A DNA stretch of 24,000 nt from Candidatus Caldarchaeum sp. (GTDB lineage Archaea; Thermoproteota; Nitrososphaeria_A; Caldarchaeales; Caldarchaeaceae): positions 1 to 24,000 of the forward strand of contig JAWBKB010000014.1 of the NCBI GenBank assembly GCA_038831915.1, written 5' to 3'. This document shows positions 1 through 7,530 of this stretch, piece after piece. How positions within the stretch are numbered: the stretch's first letter is position 1; each line of letters opens with the position of its first letter. The position numbers and the translations under genes are program-made. The notes below the pieces were generated by a model. That model ran no database searches. It saw only the letters and a list, made by a program, of their open reading frames with translations, and had not been told where the DNA came from.

Positions 1-87
1 GCACTACAACGACTTTCGATGTCTCTGGGAAACACAAAGGAAGCCAAACAAGAAAAAAGAATACTTTACACAGTCTGGAAAACAATG

Positions 88-226
88 AGAACCCATGAAA
101 GGCTGGAGGCCATACCGGCCTGAACAACAGAGAAAAAACCCATGAGGCCGGTATGACCTGCCTTATAACAATGCAGGTATCCCTGCATTTGACCCTCATA
201 TGAACAGCCGGCCTTTCATGGGTTCT
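88..226. repeat. MITE-like or structured palindromic element with 16-bp perfect terminal inverted repeats
   Basis: AGAACCCATGAAAGGC at 88-103 is the exact reverse complement of GCCTTTCATGGGTTCT at 211-226. Two hairpins lie inside: GGCCATACCGGCC (108-120) pairs with GGCCGGTATGACC (146-158) with 1 mismatch, and ATGCAGG-TATC-CCTGCAT spans 171-188. No ORF is present. Confidence 0.4.
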
Positions 227-315
227 TAAATGTTGTTCTGTTCGGCATACCTCCAGCCAAACTCTCCCCTATTTTTTCCTCCTTTAAAATTTCTCTAAAC
301 ATGATTTCCAAATCA

Positions 316-323
316 TATATAAG
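316..323 (+). promoter_or_regulatory. TATA-like box for the downstream LOG-like gene (probably a leaderless transcript)
   Basis: TATATAAG is centred about 24 nt upstream of the ATG at 344. This spacing is typical of archaeal TATA-to-TSS distance when the mRNA is leaderless. Confidence 0.35.
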
Positions 324-343
324 GGGGTTGAAAATTAACCTGC

Positions 344-892
344 ATGCTGCAGATTGGTGTGGGTTGTTCCAGCGACAAATCTCCCTTGTCGGACGCCGTG
401 GTCAAAGCCCGTCGTTTTGGGGAAAGGCTTGCGCGGTATCGTGACAGGGTTGTTTTGTTGACGGGCGGCGATGGTGGGTTGATGCGTGTTGTCTGCGAAG
501 AATTTCAGACACGTGGCGGTATTACGGTCGGCGTCATTCCCTACGAAGATGAATTTATCGATTCATCGCATCCACGATACAATCCATACAACACGATTGT
601 TTTCCGCAGCGGCCAAACTTATCAGGCACGTAGCATCGGGTTGGTGAGGAGCAGCGACTGCTTCGTCATCCTCGGCGGCGGCTCGGGAACCATTATCGAG
701 GCACATCTCGCATACATCTACCGCATTCCGCTCATCGTGGTCACGGGAACCGGTTACCCAAGCGACATGCTCCGGCAAATGCATCCCGACGGTCACCTCG
801 ACCACCGCAAGATTAACGCCGCATATTATATCGAAGACCCTGTCGAAGCAGCTGATAAAGCGGTTGAGCTGGCTGAAAACCGTAAAAAATAA
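344..892 (+). CDS. LOG / TIGR00725-family Rossmann-fold protein (lysine-decarboxylase-like, SLOG)
   Basis: 182 aa. It has LLTGGDGGLM and ILGGGSGTIIE glycine-rich motifs and the overall size and pattern of the LOG/TIGR00725 family. Confidence 0.6.
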   Translation: MLQIGVGCSSDKSPLSDAVVKARRFGERLARYRDRVVLLTGGDGGLMRVVCEEFQTRGGITVGVIPYEDEFIDSSHPRYNPYNTIVFRSGQTYQARSIGLVRSSDCFVILGGGSGTIIEAHLAYIYRIPLIVVTGTGYPSDMLRQMHPDGHLDHRKINAAYYIEDPVEAADKAVELAENRKK

Positions 893-910
893 CCCATTTG
901 TATTGCGCGT

Positions 911-2140
911 TTAGATTCCTCTGTTGACCTGAAACAGGAAGGAATCGTCGTAGAGCTTTCGGCGTGCGAAGAATTCTCGTGCGACATCTATGGCGCCTTT
1001 GCGTAGGAGCATGGCTCTTCTTACACGTGCGGCAGCGACTTCCTGAGCCACGGCTCTCGCGGTTTTCTTAAAGCCGTCGGCTTCGCTCAAAACCATTTTG
1101 ACGTTGCTGGTGATTTTGTGTTTGATGAGGTCGAATGCTTCAAGCTCTGTCCCGCCTTTGTATTCAACGTAGGAGCCAATCACACCGCCGGCGTTCGCTA
1201 TGAAGTCGGGAATTATCCAGACACCGTTTTCTCTGAGAATTTCCTCTCCTTGCTTGGTTGTTGGGATGTTAGCAGCTTCGACGACGACTTTTATGCCTGA
1301 TTTGACGAGAAGTGGGGCTGTTTCGCTGTTGATGATGTCGGATGTCGCGGCTGGGATGAAGATGTCGGCTGGATGATGGAAAATGTTCTCTTTCGGCTCT
1401 TTCACATATTTCTTGAGGTTGGCGATGTGTACGCATGCTTCCAGTTCCCTCATAATCGTCGGTATGTCGAGGCCGTCGGGGTCATAGATACACGCGGAAA
1501 CATCACAGATAGAAACTATTTTGTACCCCATTTCGTCGAGAAAACGGGCGGTGAAAGAACCCACGTTACCGAACCCTTGAATGGATACAGTTGCCTGTTT
1601 TGGGTCAAGGTTCAAAGTGCCCGTGTTGTTCAGGATTCGAAGAGTCAAATCGGTCGCGACAGCGACTCCGTACCCGGTTGTTCCAAGCTCGTGAGGAATT
1701 CCACCGAGTTCCCGCGGCTTACCCGTGCAGGCTCTCATGTCGCCGATTTCATGAGCGAAAACAGCCATGTCAAGCTCCGTCGTCCCCATATCCGTGGCCG
1801 CGATGTACTGAAGCGGGACATACGGCTTGATCATCTTCGCGAAAGAACGCATCCAACTAACGCGGTCGACTTTCGACGGGTCGCCGATGATACCGCCTTT
1901 CGCACCGCCGAAAGGAAGCCCGGCGAGAGCACATTTCCACGTCATCGTTCGTGCGAGACGAAAAACTTCAACAGGTGTAACTGTTTCGGTGAACCTTATA
2001 CCGCCTTTTCCAGGACCCATAGCGGTGTTATCAATTACCAAAACACCGCGCATTCCTGTGTCGGGGTCATAAGCGAGAACAACTTTTTCAGGACCCCATT
2101 CATCAGCTAGACGCCAAACATCACTATCAACACTGTCCAT
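911..2140 (-). CDS. gdhA: Glutamate dehydrogenase (Glu/Leu/Phe/Val dehydrogenase family)
   Basis: 409 aa. It has GPGKGGIRF and LPFGGAKGGI motifs (catalytic Lys region) and a GFGNVG dinucleotide-binding motif. Confidence 0.93.
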   Translation of the reverse strand: MDSVDSDVWRLADEWGPEKVVLAYDPDTGMRGVLVIDNTAMGPGKGGIRFTETVTPVEVFRLARTMTWKCALAGLPFGGAKGGIIGDPSKVDRVSWMRSFAKMIKPYVPLQYIAATDMGTTELDMAVFAHEIGDMRACTGKPRELGGIPHELGTTGYGVAVATDLTLRILNNTGTLNLDPKQATVSIQGFGNVGSFTARFLDEMGYKIVSICDVSACIYDPDGLDIPTIMRELEACVHIANLKKYVKEPKENIFHHPADIFIPAATSDIINSETAPLLVKSGIKVVVEAANIPTTKQGEEILRENGVWIIPDFIANAGGVIGSYVEYKGGTELEAFDLIKHKITSNVKMVLSEADGFKKTARAVAQEVAAARVRRAMLLRKGAIDVAREFFARRKLYDDSFLFQVNRGI

Positions 2141-2161
2141 GAATCAACAACCCGAAACAGC

Positions 2162-2220
2162 AAATTAAATCTATCACATCATACTCGTTAGAAAAAATTT
2201 GAAACACAAACAATTAATAA
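2162..2220. promoter_or_regulatory. Divergent promoter region with one TATA-like box for each flanking gene
   Basis: TTTAATTT on the minus strand (about 2162-2170) lies ~27 nt upstream of the gdh ATG at 2140. TTAATAA (2214-2220) lies ~27 nt upstream of the dys ATG at 2244. Confidence 0.4.
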
Positions 2221-2243
2221 GCAATCGTGTTGAGTAAATTTGC

Positions 2244-3284
2244 ATGGTTGTAGAGTCTGACGTCGACAACTCGTTGAAGACAGTGTTGAAACCTGTTCAG
2301 GTCGGTGAAAAACGAATTTCAAACCTGCTTGACGAGATGAAGTTCACCGGTTTTCAGGGAAGAAACTTAGCTGTCGCGGCTGAAGTTTGGGAGAAAGCGT
2401 TGAAAGCAGATAAAACCGTTGTAATGCTCGGCTACGCCGGCTCGTTGAGCACTACTGGTCAGTGGAAGATTGTGAAATGGTTGATCGAGAAACGGTTTGT
2501 CGACGTCGTTGTTTCGACCGGGGCCAATATTTCGGAGGATTTGATAGCCGCTATGGGTTTCAACTACTACGTCGGCACGCCTTACATAGATGACACCATG
2601 CTTCGACGCGCTGGCATTTACAGGTTTCACGACGTTTTCGTCCGAGAAAAAGATTACATCAAAATGGAGGAGATGTTGGCGGATTTCATGTTGACGCTTG
2701 ACGGCAGGAAACCTATGTCGTCGGCTGAATTTCTTTATCTGTTCGGCAAATGGCTGGACAGCCATGGAGTTGATGGAATAGTTACAGCTGCCTACAGAGC
2801 TGGTGTCCCCGTCTTCAGCCCAGCCATCGAAGACAGCGGATACGGAGTCGCATATGTCTACAACCGATATCGAAAACCCGGGTTCAGCCTCGTCCTCGAC
2901 CACTTCAAAGACTATGAACAACTCGTCAAAATCAGAGGAACCCAGCCTGACAGCGCCGCGATTTTCATAGGCGGAGGCGTTCCCAAAGATTTCATCCAGC
3001 TTTCAGCGGTCGCGGTCGACCTGCTGGAAAAAGGAAACCCGTATTTGACGAGGCCGCATAAATACGCCGTCCAAATCACAACCGACAATCCTCACTGGGG
3101 CGGATTGTCCGGTGCAACACTCGAAGAAGGCAAAAGCTGGGGAAAAGAAACGGCAGATGGTTACGCTGTCCAGTGTTTCTGCGACGCGACAATCGCCCTT
3201 CCCATCATCGCACACGCCCTCAACGAAAGAGTCAAGGAAAGAAGACACGCACCGAATCTTTCATGGGTGTTCCAAGAAGTCTAA
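2244..3284 (+). CDS. dys: Deoxyhypusine synthase
   Basis: 346 aa. It has GYAGSLSTTGQWKIVKWLIEKRFVDVVVSTGANISEDL and the C-terminal ITTDNPHWGGLSGATLEEGKSWGK, which is characteristic of DHS. Confidence 0.9.
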   Translation: MVVESDVDNSLKTVLKPVQVGEKRISNLLDEMKFTGFQGRNLAVAAEVWEKALKADKTVVMLGYAGSLSTTGQWKIVKWLIEKRFVDVVVSTGANISEDLIAAMGFNYYVGTPYIDDTMLRRAGIYRFHDVFVREKDYIKMEEMLADFMLTLDGRKPMSSAEFLYLFGKWLDSHGVDGIVTAAYRAGVPVFSPAIEDSGYGVAYVYNRYRKPGFSLVLDHFKDYEQLVKIRGTQPDSAAIFIGGGVPKDFIQLSAVAVDLLEKGNPYLTRPHKYAVQITTDNPHWGGLSGATLEEGKSWGKETADGYAVQCFCDATIALPIIAHALNERVKERRHAPNLSWVFQEV

Positions 3285-3368
3285 ACCATTCCGACCCGTG
3301 TGCATTTCACCCCGAATTGTTTTATCATATTTTTCAAATTCCCGGCTTCATCTATGAAAGCTTGGTCT

Positions 3369-4724
3369 TCAGCTGACGACGAGTATGATAAGGTCTCCGA
3401 CGTTTGTGTTTGTCGGGCCTGTTTTGATGAGGCCGCCGACTTGGTTGAAAAAGCTGTACGAGTCGTTGTTTTCAAGATATGTTATGGGGTTGATGTTTTG
3501 TTTGAGGGCGTTTTTGATTGTCTGTGATGTTGCGGCTGCTCCTGTTGCGTCTGTCGGGCCGTCCACACCATCCGTTCCGATGGATGCGAAGACGTAGTGA
3601 GGAATCTGCTGCATATGAATGGCTGTTGCAAGCACCAGTTCCTGGTTTCGGCCGCCTTTTCCAGCTCCCTTCACCGTCACGGTTGTTTCGCCTCCTGCGA
3701 CCACTGCAGCTGGCTTTCGCAACGGAATTTTGTGCATAGTAATGTCCCAGGCCAAAGCCGCGAAAAGCTTGGCCACTTCACGGGCTTCACCTGTTAAGCC
3801 GCTTGTCAACGCAAGGACGTGGAAACCGTTTTTCCTCATCGATGTTGCAGCGGCTTTAACAGCGTCGACGTTTCCGCCGACAACGATGTTAGTGACTTTG
3901 CGGAAGCATGGGTCGCCGGGCTTAGGTGTTTCGGGAATTCGTCCCTGAATTCCTGATTCGAGTCTCCGCCAAACGTTCTCGGTTGCTTCGACGCCGTGCC
4001 TCCGCAGTATGTTGTATGCGTCTCGGTAGGTTGTGGGGTCTGGCGCGGTAGGGCCTGAACCGATGACATCCACCCTGTCACCTACGACGTCTGAAAGAAT
4101 GAGCGAGATAGTTGTGCAGTTGAGTGTTTTCGCCAGCATTCCGCCTTTGATTTTGGAGAGATGTTTGCGGACCGTGTTTATTTCATGAATAATTGCTCCA
4201 GCCCTCAGCAGCTCTTCGGTCACTTTCCGCTTATCTTCCAAAGTCAATCCATCAGCGGGCAGGGTCATTAACGCGGAGCTTCCACCCGAAACCAAGACGA
4301 AGGCAAGTGATGTCGGGCTGCATTCGGCTGCATGCTGCAGAATTTTTTCCGCGGCCCTTAAGCTTCCTGCGTCCGGTGATGGATGACCGCCATGGACTAC
4401 TTCTAGCGGCCTGAGACCCGTCGCTTCTACTCCACGTGGAACAACTACGACACCTCTCACGGAAAACCCTTTCAACAACTCGAGCATCGCCGAAGCCATC
4501 GGAACAGCTGCTTTACCAGCTGCCAGAACAACAATATCCGAAAACTGTTTCAACGAAATTTTTCGACCGTCGACTATGAGTGTGTTTCTTTTTCGTTTGA
4601 CGTGTGTTTTTATGAGGGTTGATGGGTTGACAGCGGCTAACGCATCCGCTGCTGCTTTCATCACCGCTTTTAATGGTTGTGATTCGCCGAGTCTTCCGCG
4701 TCCGGTTACCTGTAGCTGTTTCAA
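3369..4724 (-). CDS. MOFRL-family glycerate 2-kinase / hydroxypyruvate reductase-like protein
   Basis: 451 aa. The N-terminal part resembles DUF4147 (VLAAGKAAVPMA). The C-terminal part resembles the MOFRL domain (GGETTVTVKGAGKGGRNQE, IGTDGVDGPTDA). The true start may be the internal Met at MKAAADAL. Confidence 0.8.
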   Translation of the reverse strand: MKQLQVTGRGRLGESQPLKAVMKAAADALAAVNPSTLIKTHVKRKRNTLIVDGRKISLKQFSDIVVLAAGKAAVPMASAMLELLKGFSVRGVVVVPRGVEATGLRPLEVVHGGHPSPDAGSLRAAEKILQHAAECSPTSLAFVLVSGGSSALMTLPADGLTLEDKRKVTEELLRAGAIIHEINTVRKHLSKIKGGMLAKTLNCTTISLILSDVVGDRVDVIGSGPTAPDPTTYRDAYNILRRHGVEATENVWRRLESGIQGRIPETPKPGDPCFRKVTNIVVGGNVDAVKAAATSMRKNGFHVLALTSGLTGEAREVAKLFAALAWDITMHKIPLRKPAAVVAGGETTVTVKGAGKGGRNQELVLATAIHMQQIPHYVFASIGTDGVDGPTDATGAAATSQTIKNALKQNINPITYLENNDSYSFFNQVGGLIKTGPTNTNVGDLIILVVS

Positions 4725-4786
4725 CTGTGGGTGACGTGTTTCTTGACGGTGAAAAAGTTTTCAACACGTCTGCCGCAGTTGGCTTG

Positions 4787-5635
4787 ATGAGGTTTTTCAA
4801 CCCTTACGTGGGATGGGTTGAATTCGCCGACCCGCCGCAGAGAATTGTGAGCCTCTGCCCGTCGGCGACGGAGATTCTCTTCATGCTTGGTGTCGGTGAA
4901 AAAGTTGTCGGTGTTTCGAGCTGGTGTCATAGGCCGCGGGAAGCTCTTTCAAAACCCAAAGTCGGAAGCTACGTCGACGTCGTGGAGGAAAAACTGAAAG
5001 AACTCAGGCCTGACTTGGTCATCACAACGATAGGGGCGCAAAGAACAATTCTGGAAAAAATTCTCGGTTTCAACATCCCCACATATCCGATTCCGTTCCC
5101 GAAAGATGTTTATGGAATTTTTTCATCGGTTTTGGAGGTTGGTGGGTTGGTGGGAAAACATGACGAGGCTTTGGAGCTGGTTCGGCGGTTGTTGGTGCAG
5201 GTGGATGAGTTGAGGAAGCTTGCGAAGTCATGGACCCGGCCCTCGGTCTACATAGAGATAGACCTTGGAGGCCCAACCATCCCCGCGTACTTCAACCACG
5301 TAACATCGGCGCTGGATCTCGCCGGGCTGAGGAACGTGTTCTCAGACCAGCCGACATCATACCTATATGGAATGAAGGTCGGAGATTATCCTGTTCTCGA
5401 CGTCGCCGAAGAAATTCGTCGGAGAAACCCCGACGTGATTGTCTACGAGTCGAAGAGCTTCCACCCGTCGGATGATGAAGGCATGCGGGTCATGTTGGAC
5501 CGGGGTCTCGAAGATGTTTCAGCCGTAAGAAATGGACGTGTTTTGACCGTTCCCGCGGATACGCTGGCTCACTACGGCCCCTCCTACCTCATTGAATCAA
5601 CACAGGTATTTTGTAAAATCTGGAATTTTTTCTAA
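4787..5635 (+). CDS. Periplasmic-binding-protein type 2 (BtuF/FhuD-like ABC substrate-binding protein homolog)
   Basis: RIVSLCPSATEILFMLGVGEKVVGVS and LKELRPDLVI are typical of cobalamin/siderophore binding proteins. I take the ATG at 4787 as the start rather than the track start at 4673, which overlaps the upstream divergent gene. No obvious signal peptide is present. Confidence 0.6.
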   Translation: MRFFNPYVGWVEFADPPQRIVSLCPSATEILFMLGVGEKVVGVSSWCHRPREALSKPKVGSYVDVVEEKLKELRPDLVITTIGAQRTILEKILGFNIPTYPIPFPKDVYGIFSSVLEVGGLVGKHDEALELVRRLLVQVDELRKLAKSWTRPSVYIEIDLGGPTIPAYFNHVTSALDLAGLRNVFSDQPTSYLYGMKVGDYPVLDVAEEIRRRNPDVIVYESKSFHPSDDEGMRVMLDRGLEDVSAVRNGRVLTVPADTLAHYGPSYLIESTQVFCKIWNFF

Positions 5636-5682
5636 ATACAGCTTGAAAGCAACATCTATAACTTTGGACGATACATGCTATA

Positions 5683-6006
5683 TTGATGGCGAAAGTCGGG
5701 TTTGGATGCCGTGATTGCATTCACTTCCTACCTTATCATCTAATGACCGAGGTCGGAATATGCTCGAATTCTTCCAGCCCTTGTAACGGTAGGACTCGTT
5801 TCGGCAGTGACCCGGCGTGCGACTTTTTCGGTCTTGCGAAAGTGAGCGTGGGCGGTCTCGCGGGAGTCGAATTCTACTGGTGTGCAACTTGCCGTGAAGG
5901 CCTTCACCGCGAGGAGCTTATGAACCATGTCTCGCACAAAGTTCACGCCGGAGCATCTGCGACAGAAGCCGAATACAACGTGGAAAGCACCTGCGCCGGT
6001 GACTGA
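5683..6006 (+). CDS. Small Cys-rich hypothetical protein (possible metal-binding)
   Basis: 107 aa with CxxC pairs (CRDC, CATC) plus three more Cys and several His. I do not recognise a family. Confidence 0.4.
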   Translation: MMAKVGFGCRDCIHFLPYHLMTEVGICSNSSSPCNGRTRFGSDPACDFFGLAKVSVGGLAGVEFYWCATCREGLHREELMNHVSHKVHAGASATEAEYNVESTCAGD

Positions 6007-6072
6007 AACAATAAAGGACAACGGCGTGGTTCGGCGAAACACCTAAAGCAGACAACTTTCTCTTCCGGTTGG

Positions 6073-6696
6073 ATGGATTTCTTTTCGCCCACGTTTTGGA
6101 CAGACCTGACCACGTATGGATACGTGGGTGTTTTTGTTGCAAGCTTGATCGGCAGCCTGCTCCCGTTTGTTTCAGGGCCCTACATTCCGCCCATCGTTGT
6201 GGCGGTTATCGCGGGCAAGCTCGACCCTTTTCCAACAGCTTTGTTCAGCGCAGCTGGCGCGGCCATAGCCAAGCTCGTTCTTTTCCGCTTCTTCAAAAGC
6301 GGCAGAATCCTGATAAACCCTGAAACGCAGAAGCGGCTCGAGCCCTTGGAGAAGCTCGTGGCTAAACACGGCTGGCTAGCGGTCGTCGGCGCGTCAGCAA
6401 CACCTCTTCCCGACGACGTCGTATTCCTCCTCCTCGCAATAACCAACTACAGCAGTAAACTCTTCCTGCCCACCGTGTTCGCGGGCAAACTCATCATCAC
6501 GTCTGCGGTCGCGTATGTGGCGTTTTTCTGGGGAAATCTGGCATGCTACATAGTCGAATGCGTCGTCGGCGAAATCAACATCATCCACACATTATTGATA
6601 GCCGTCGCGACAGCCGCCGCAGCCATGACAGCCGCATACATCCTCACGCGCCTCGACTGGAACAAAATATTCACAAAACTCGGCGTCAAACCATAA
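6073..6696 (+). CDS. DedA / VTT-domain (SNARE-associated) family membrane protein
   Basis: 207 aa with several hydrophobic helices. The pattern PFVSGPYIPP ... ATPLPDDVVFLL resembles the VTT/DedA core. Confidence 0.5.
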   Translation: MDFFSPTFWTDLTTYGYVGVFVASLIGSLLPFVSGPYIPPIVVAVIAGKLDPFPTALFSAAGAAIAKLVLFRFFKSGRILINPETQKRLEPLEKLVAKHGWLAVVGASATPLPDDVVFLLLAITNYSSKLFLPTVFAGKLIITSAVAYVAFFWGNLACYIVECVVGEINIIHTLLIAVATAAAAMTAAYILTRLDWNKIFTKLGVKP

Positions 6697-6721
6697 AAGA
6701 AACCATGCATAGGATTTTTCC

Positions 6722-6837
6722 GCGGGGGTAGCCAAGCCTGGTCAAATAAGCCCTGCACAAGCCAGGGCAAAACCAGCGGCGGCAGGCTCAAGACCTGCTC
6801 CCGAAGGGGTTCGTGGGTTCAAATCCCACCCCCCGCA
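6722..6837 (+). tRNA. tRNA-Leu (anticodon CAA) with a ~31-nt non-canonical intron in the D-loop
   Basis: Acceptor stem: GCGGGGG pairs with CCCCCGC, followed by discriminator A. T-arm: GTGGG-TTCAAAT-CCCAC. Anticodon arm: GCAGG-CTCAAGA-CCTGC, with CAA at 6789-6791. Long variable arm: TCCCGAAGGGGTTC. D-arm: GCC...GGC, interrupted at about 6747-6777 by an insert that forms GCCCTG/CAGGGC and CTGGT/ACCAG helices. No CCA is encoded. Confidence 0.85.
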
Positions 6838-6840
6838 CGG
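6822..6840 (+). repeat. att-like direct repeat, left copy (overlaps the tRNA-Leu 3' end)
   Basis: AATCCCACCCCCCGCACGG recurs 18/19 at 11651-11669 in the same orientation. Confidence 0.6.
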
Positions 6841-7189
6841 GGAGCAGCGTTCACGTACCTGGCGTCTGTGATTATAGCACTCGAGTGTTGTTATACAATC
6901 GATGACTTTTGTTTTTAAAGCCGGTAAGAATGTTGACTAGAGATAGGGTTCTGTGGGAGAAAGATGGTGGGAGTTGGTTGAATGGTTTTTAGAGATTTTT
7001 TAGGCAGGAATAACATGTAAAACCTACTCAAAGAAGGGAAGGTTGTGAAATAGCTGGTTGACAACATCTTGGGCCTTTTGGTTCATCTGGCTGGCAAGCT
7101 TAATTCTCATCGACTACTTTAAAAAGTTGTAAGTGCTCGGACAAGGTGATAATTAAACGTCTTATCTGGATAAAATTGCCCGGAAGAGG

Positions 7190-7195
7190 AAAAAA
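7190..7195 (-). terminator. Oligo-T tract on the minus strand, directly after the GC-rich structured region and the tnpB stop
   Basis: The minus strand reads CCCCCCCATTTTTTCC. T6 lies 47 nt past the tnpB-like stop codon. Archaeal termination commonly uses oligo-T. Confidence 0.35.
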
Positions 7196-7196
7196 T

Positions 7197-7530
7197 GGGG
7201 GGGAGTTTGACTGGTGGCCCTCTTCCGGGCGTCGTCGGCGGTCATCGGAGTCGTTGTTTTCTCCGCCCAAGGCTTTCTCCGGGTAGCCTGGCAGGCTCAA
7301 GACTTGACACCCTATTTTCCGTCGACGGCGCGAGGGGTTCCGCCGGCGGCCGGGGTGTCTCGGCTGCCCCATCCGAGGTCATGGGAGAAAGGTTCATAAG
7401 CCGCAAACCACCCAAAGCCCCCGGGGGCTCCAGTCCCCGGTGGGTTGGGTGGCCTGCGGCCTCCCCAACCCCTCCCAGGGATGGTATTCCCCCTTGGAGG
7501 CTTTGGGCGGGGGTCTCGCTTGCTTGTTTT
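7197..7530 (-). ncRNA. GC-rich structured region overlapping the 3' end of the tnpB-like ORF (candidate omega/reRNA scaffold)
   Basis: The GC content is sharply higher than in the flanks, and ORFs are open in several frames on both strands. Local palindromes are numerous: AGCCCCCGGGGGCT, CCGTCGACGG, GGCCTGCGGCC, CCACCCAA/TTGGGTGG. A long-range pairing, CTCCGCCCAA (7261-7270) with TTGGGCGGGG (7503-7512), closes a ~240-nt domain. The position relative to tnpB matches where TnpB guide-RNA scaffolds lie. Confidence 0.35.

Noticed and set aside
1118-2110. Plus-strand ORFs (1118-1300, 1373-2110, 1591-1830, 1827-2072) inside the gdh locus
   Set aside because: They are antisense to a full-length, motif-rich glutamate dehydrogenase gene. 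Their translations are low-complexity and Arg/Ser/Pro-rich with no recognisable motif, so they are shadow ORFs.
4673-4786. Upstream extension of the binding-protein ORF (track start 4673)
   Set aside because: The extension overlaps the 5' end of the divergent glycerate-kinase gene by about 50 nt and encodes an Arg/Val-rich peptide unlike a signal sequence. The ATG at 4787 gives a conventional N-terminus just before the conserved RIVSLCPSATE block.
7281-7303. tRNA-Leu-like words inside the GC-rich region: GGGTAGCC, plus a 14-nt exact match GGCAGGCTCAAGAC to the tRNA anticodon arm (6781-6794), and CGAGGGGTTC further on
   Set aside because: The words appear in tRNA order, which is tantalising as a possible old att site or tRNA fragment. 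But one 14-mer match somewhere in a 24-kb window is roughly what chance predicts. The segment cannot be folded into a cloverleaf or a half-tRNA with a normal D-arm, and it is explained locally by two small palindromes (GCCTGGCAGGC and TCAAGACTTGA). It should be rechecked by alignment if other tRNA-Leu genes are available.
7197-7530. The GC-rich region as an SRP (7S) RNA or RNase P RNA gene
   Set aside because: On the minus strand, GCCCGGAAGAGGGC and AGTCAAACTCCCC superficially recall SRP helix 8/5. However, the hairpin has a 6-nt loop, the conserved GGAGCA/AGCA symmetric-loop motif and the Alu-domain UGUAA-type motifs are absent, and no GGAAAGUCC-type RNase P CR-I element is present. I cannot exclude these without a covariance-model scan.
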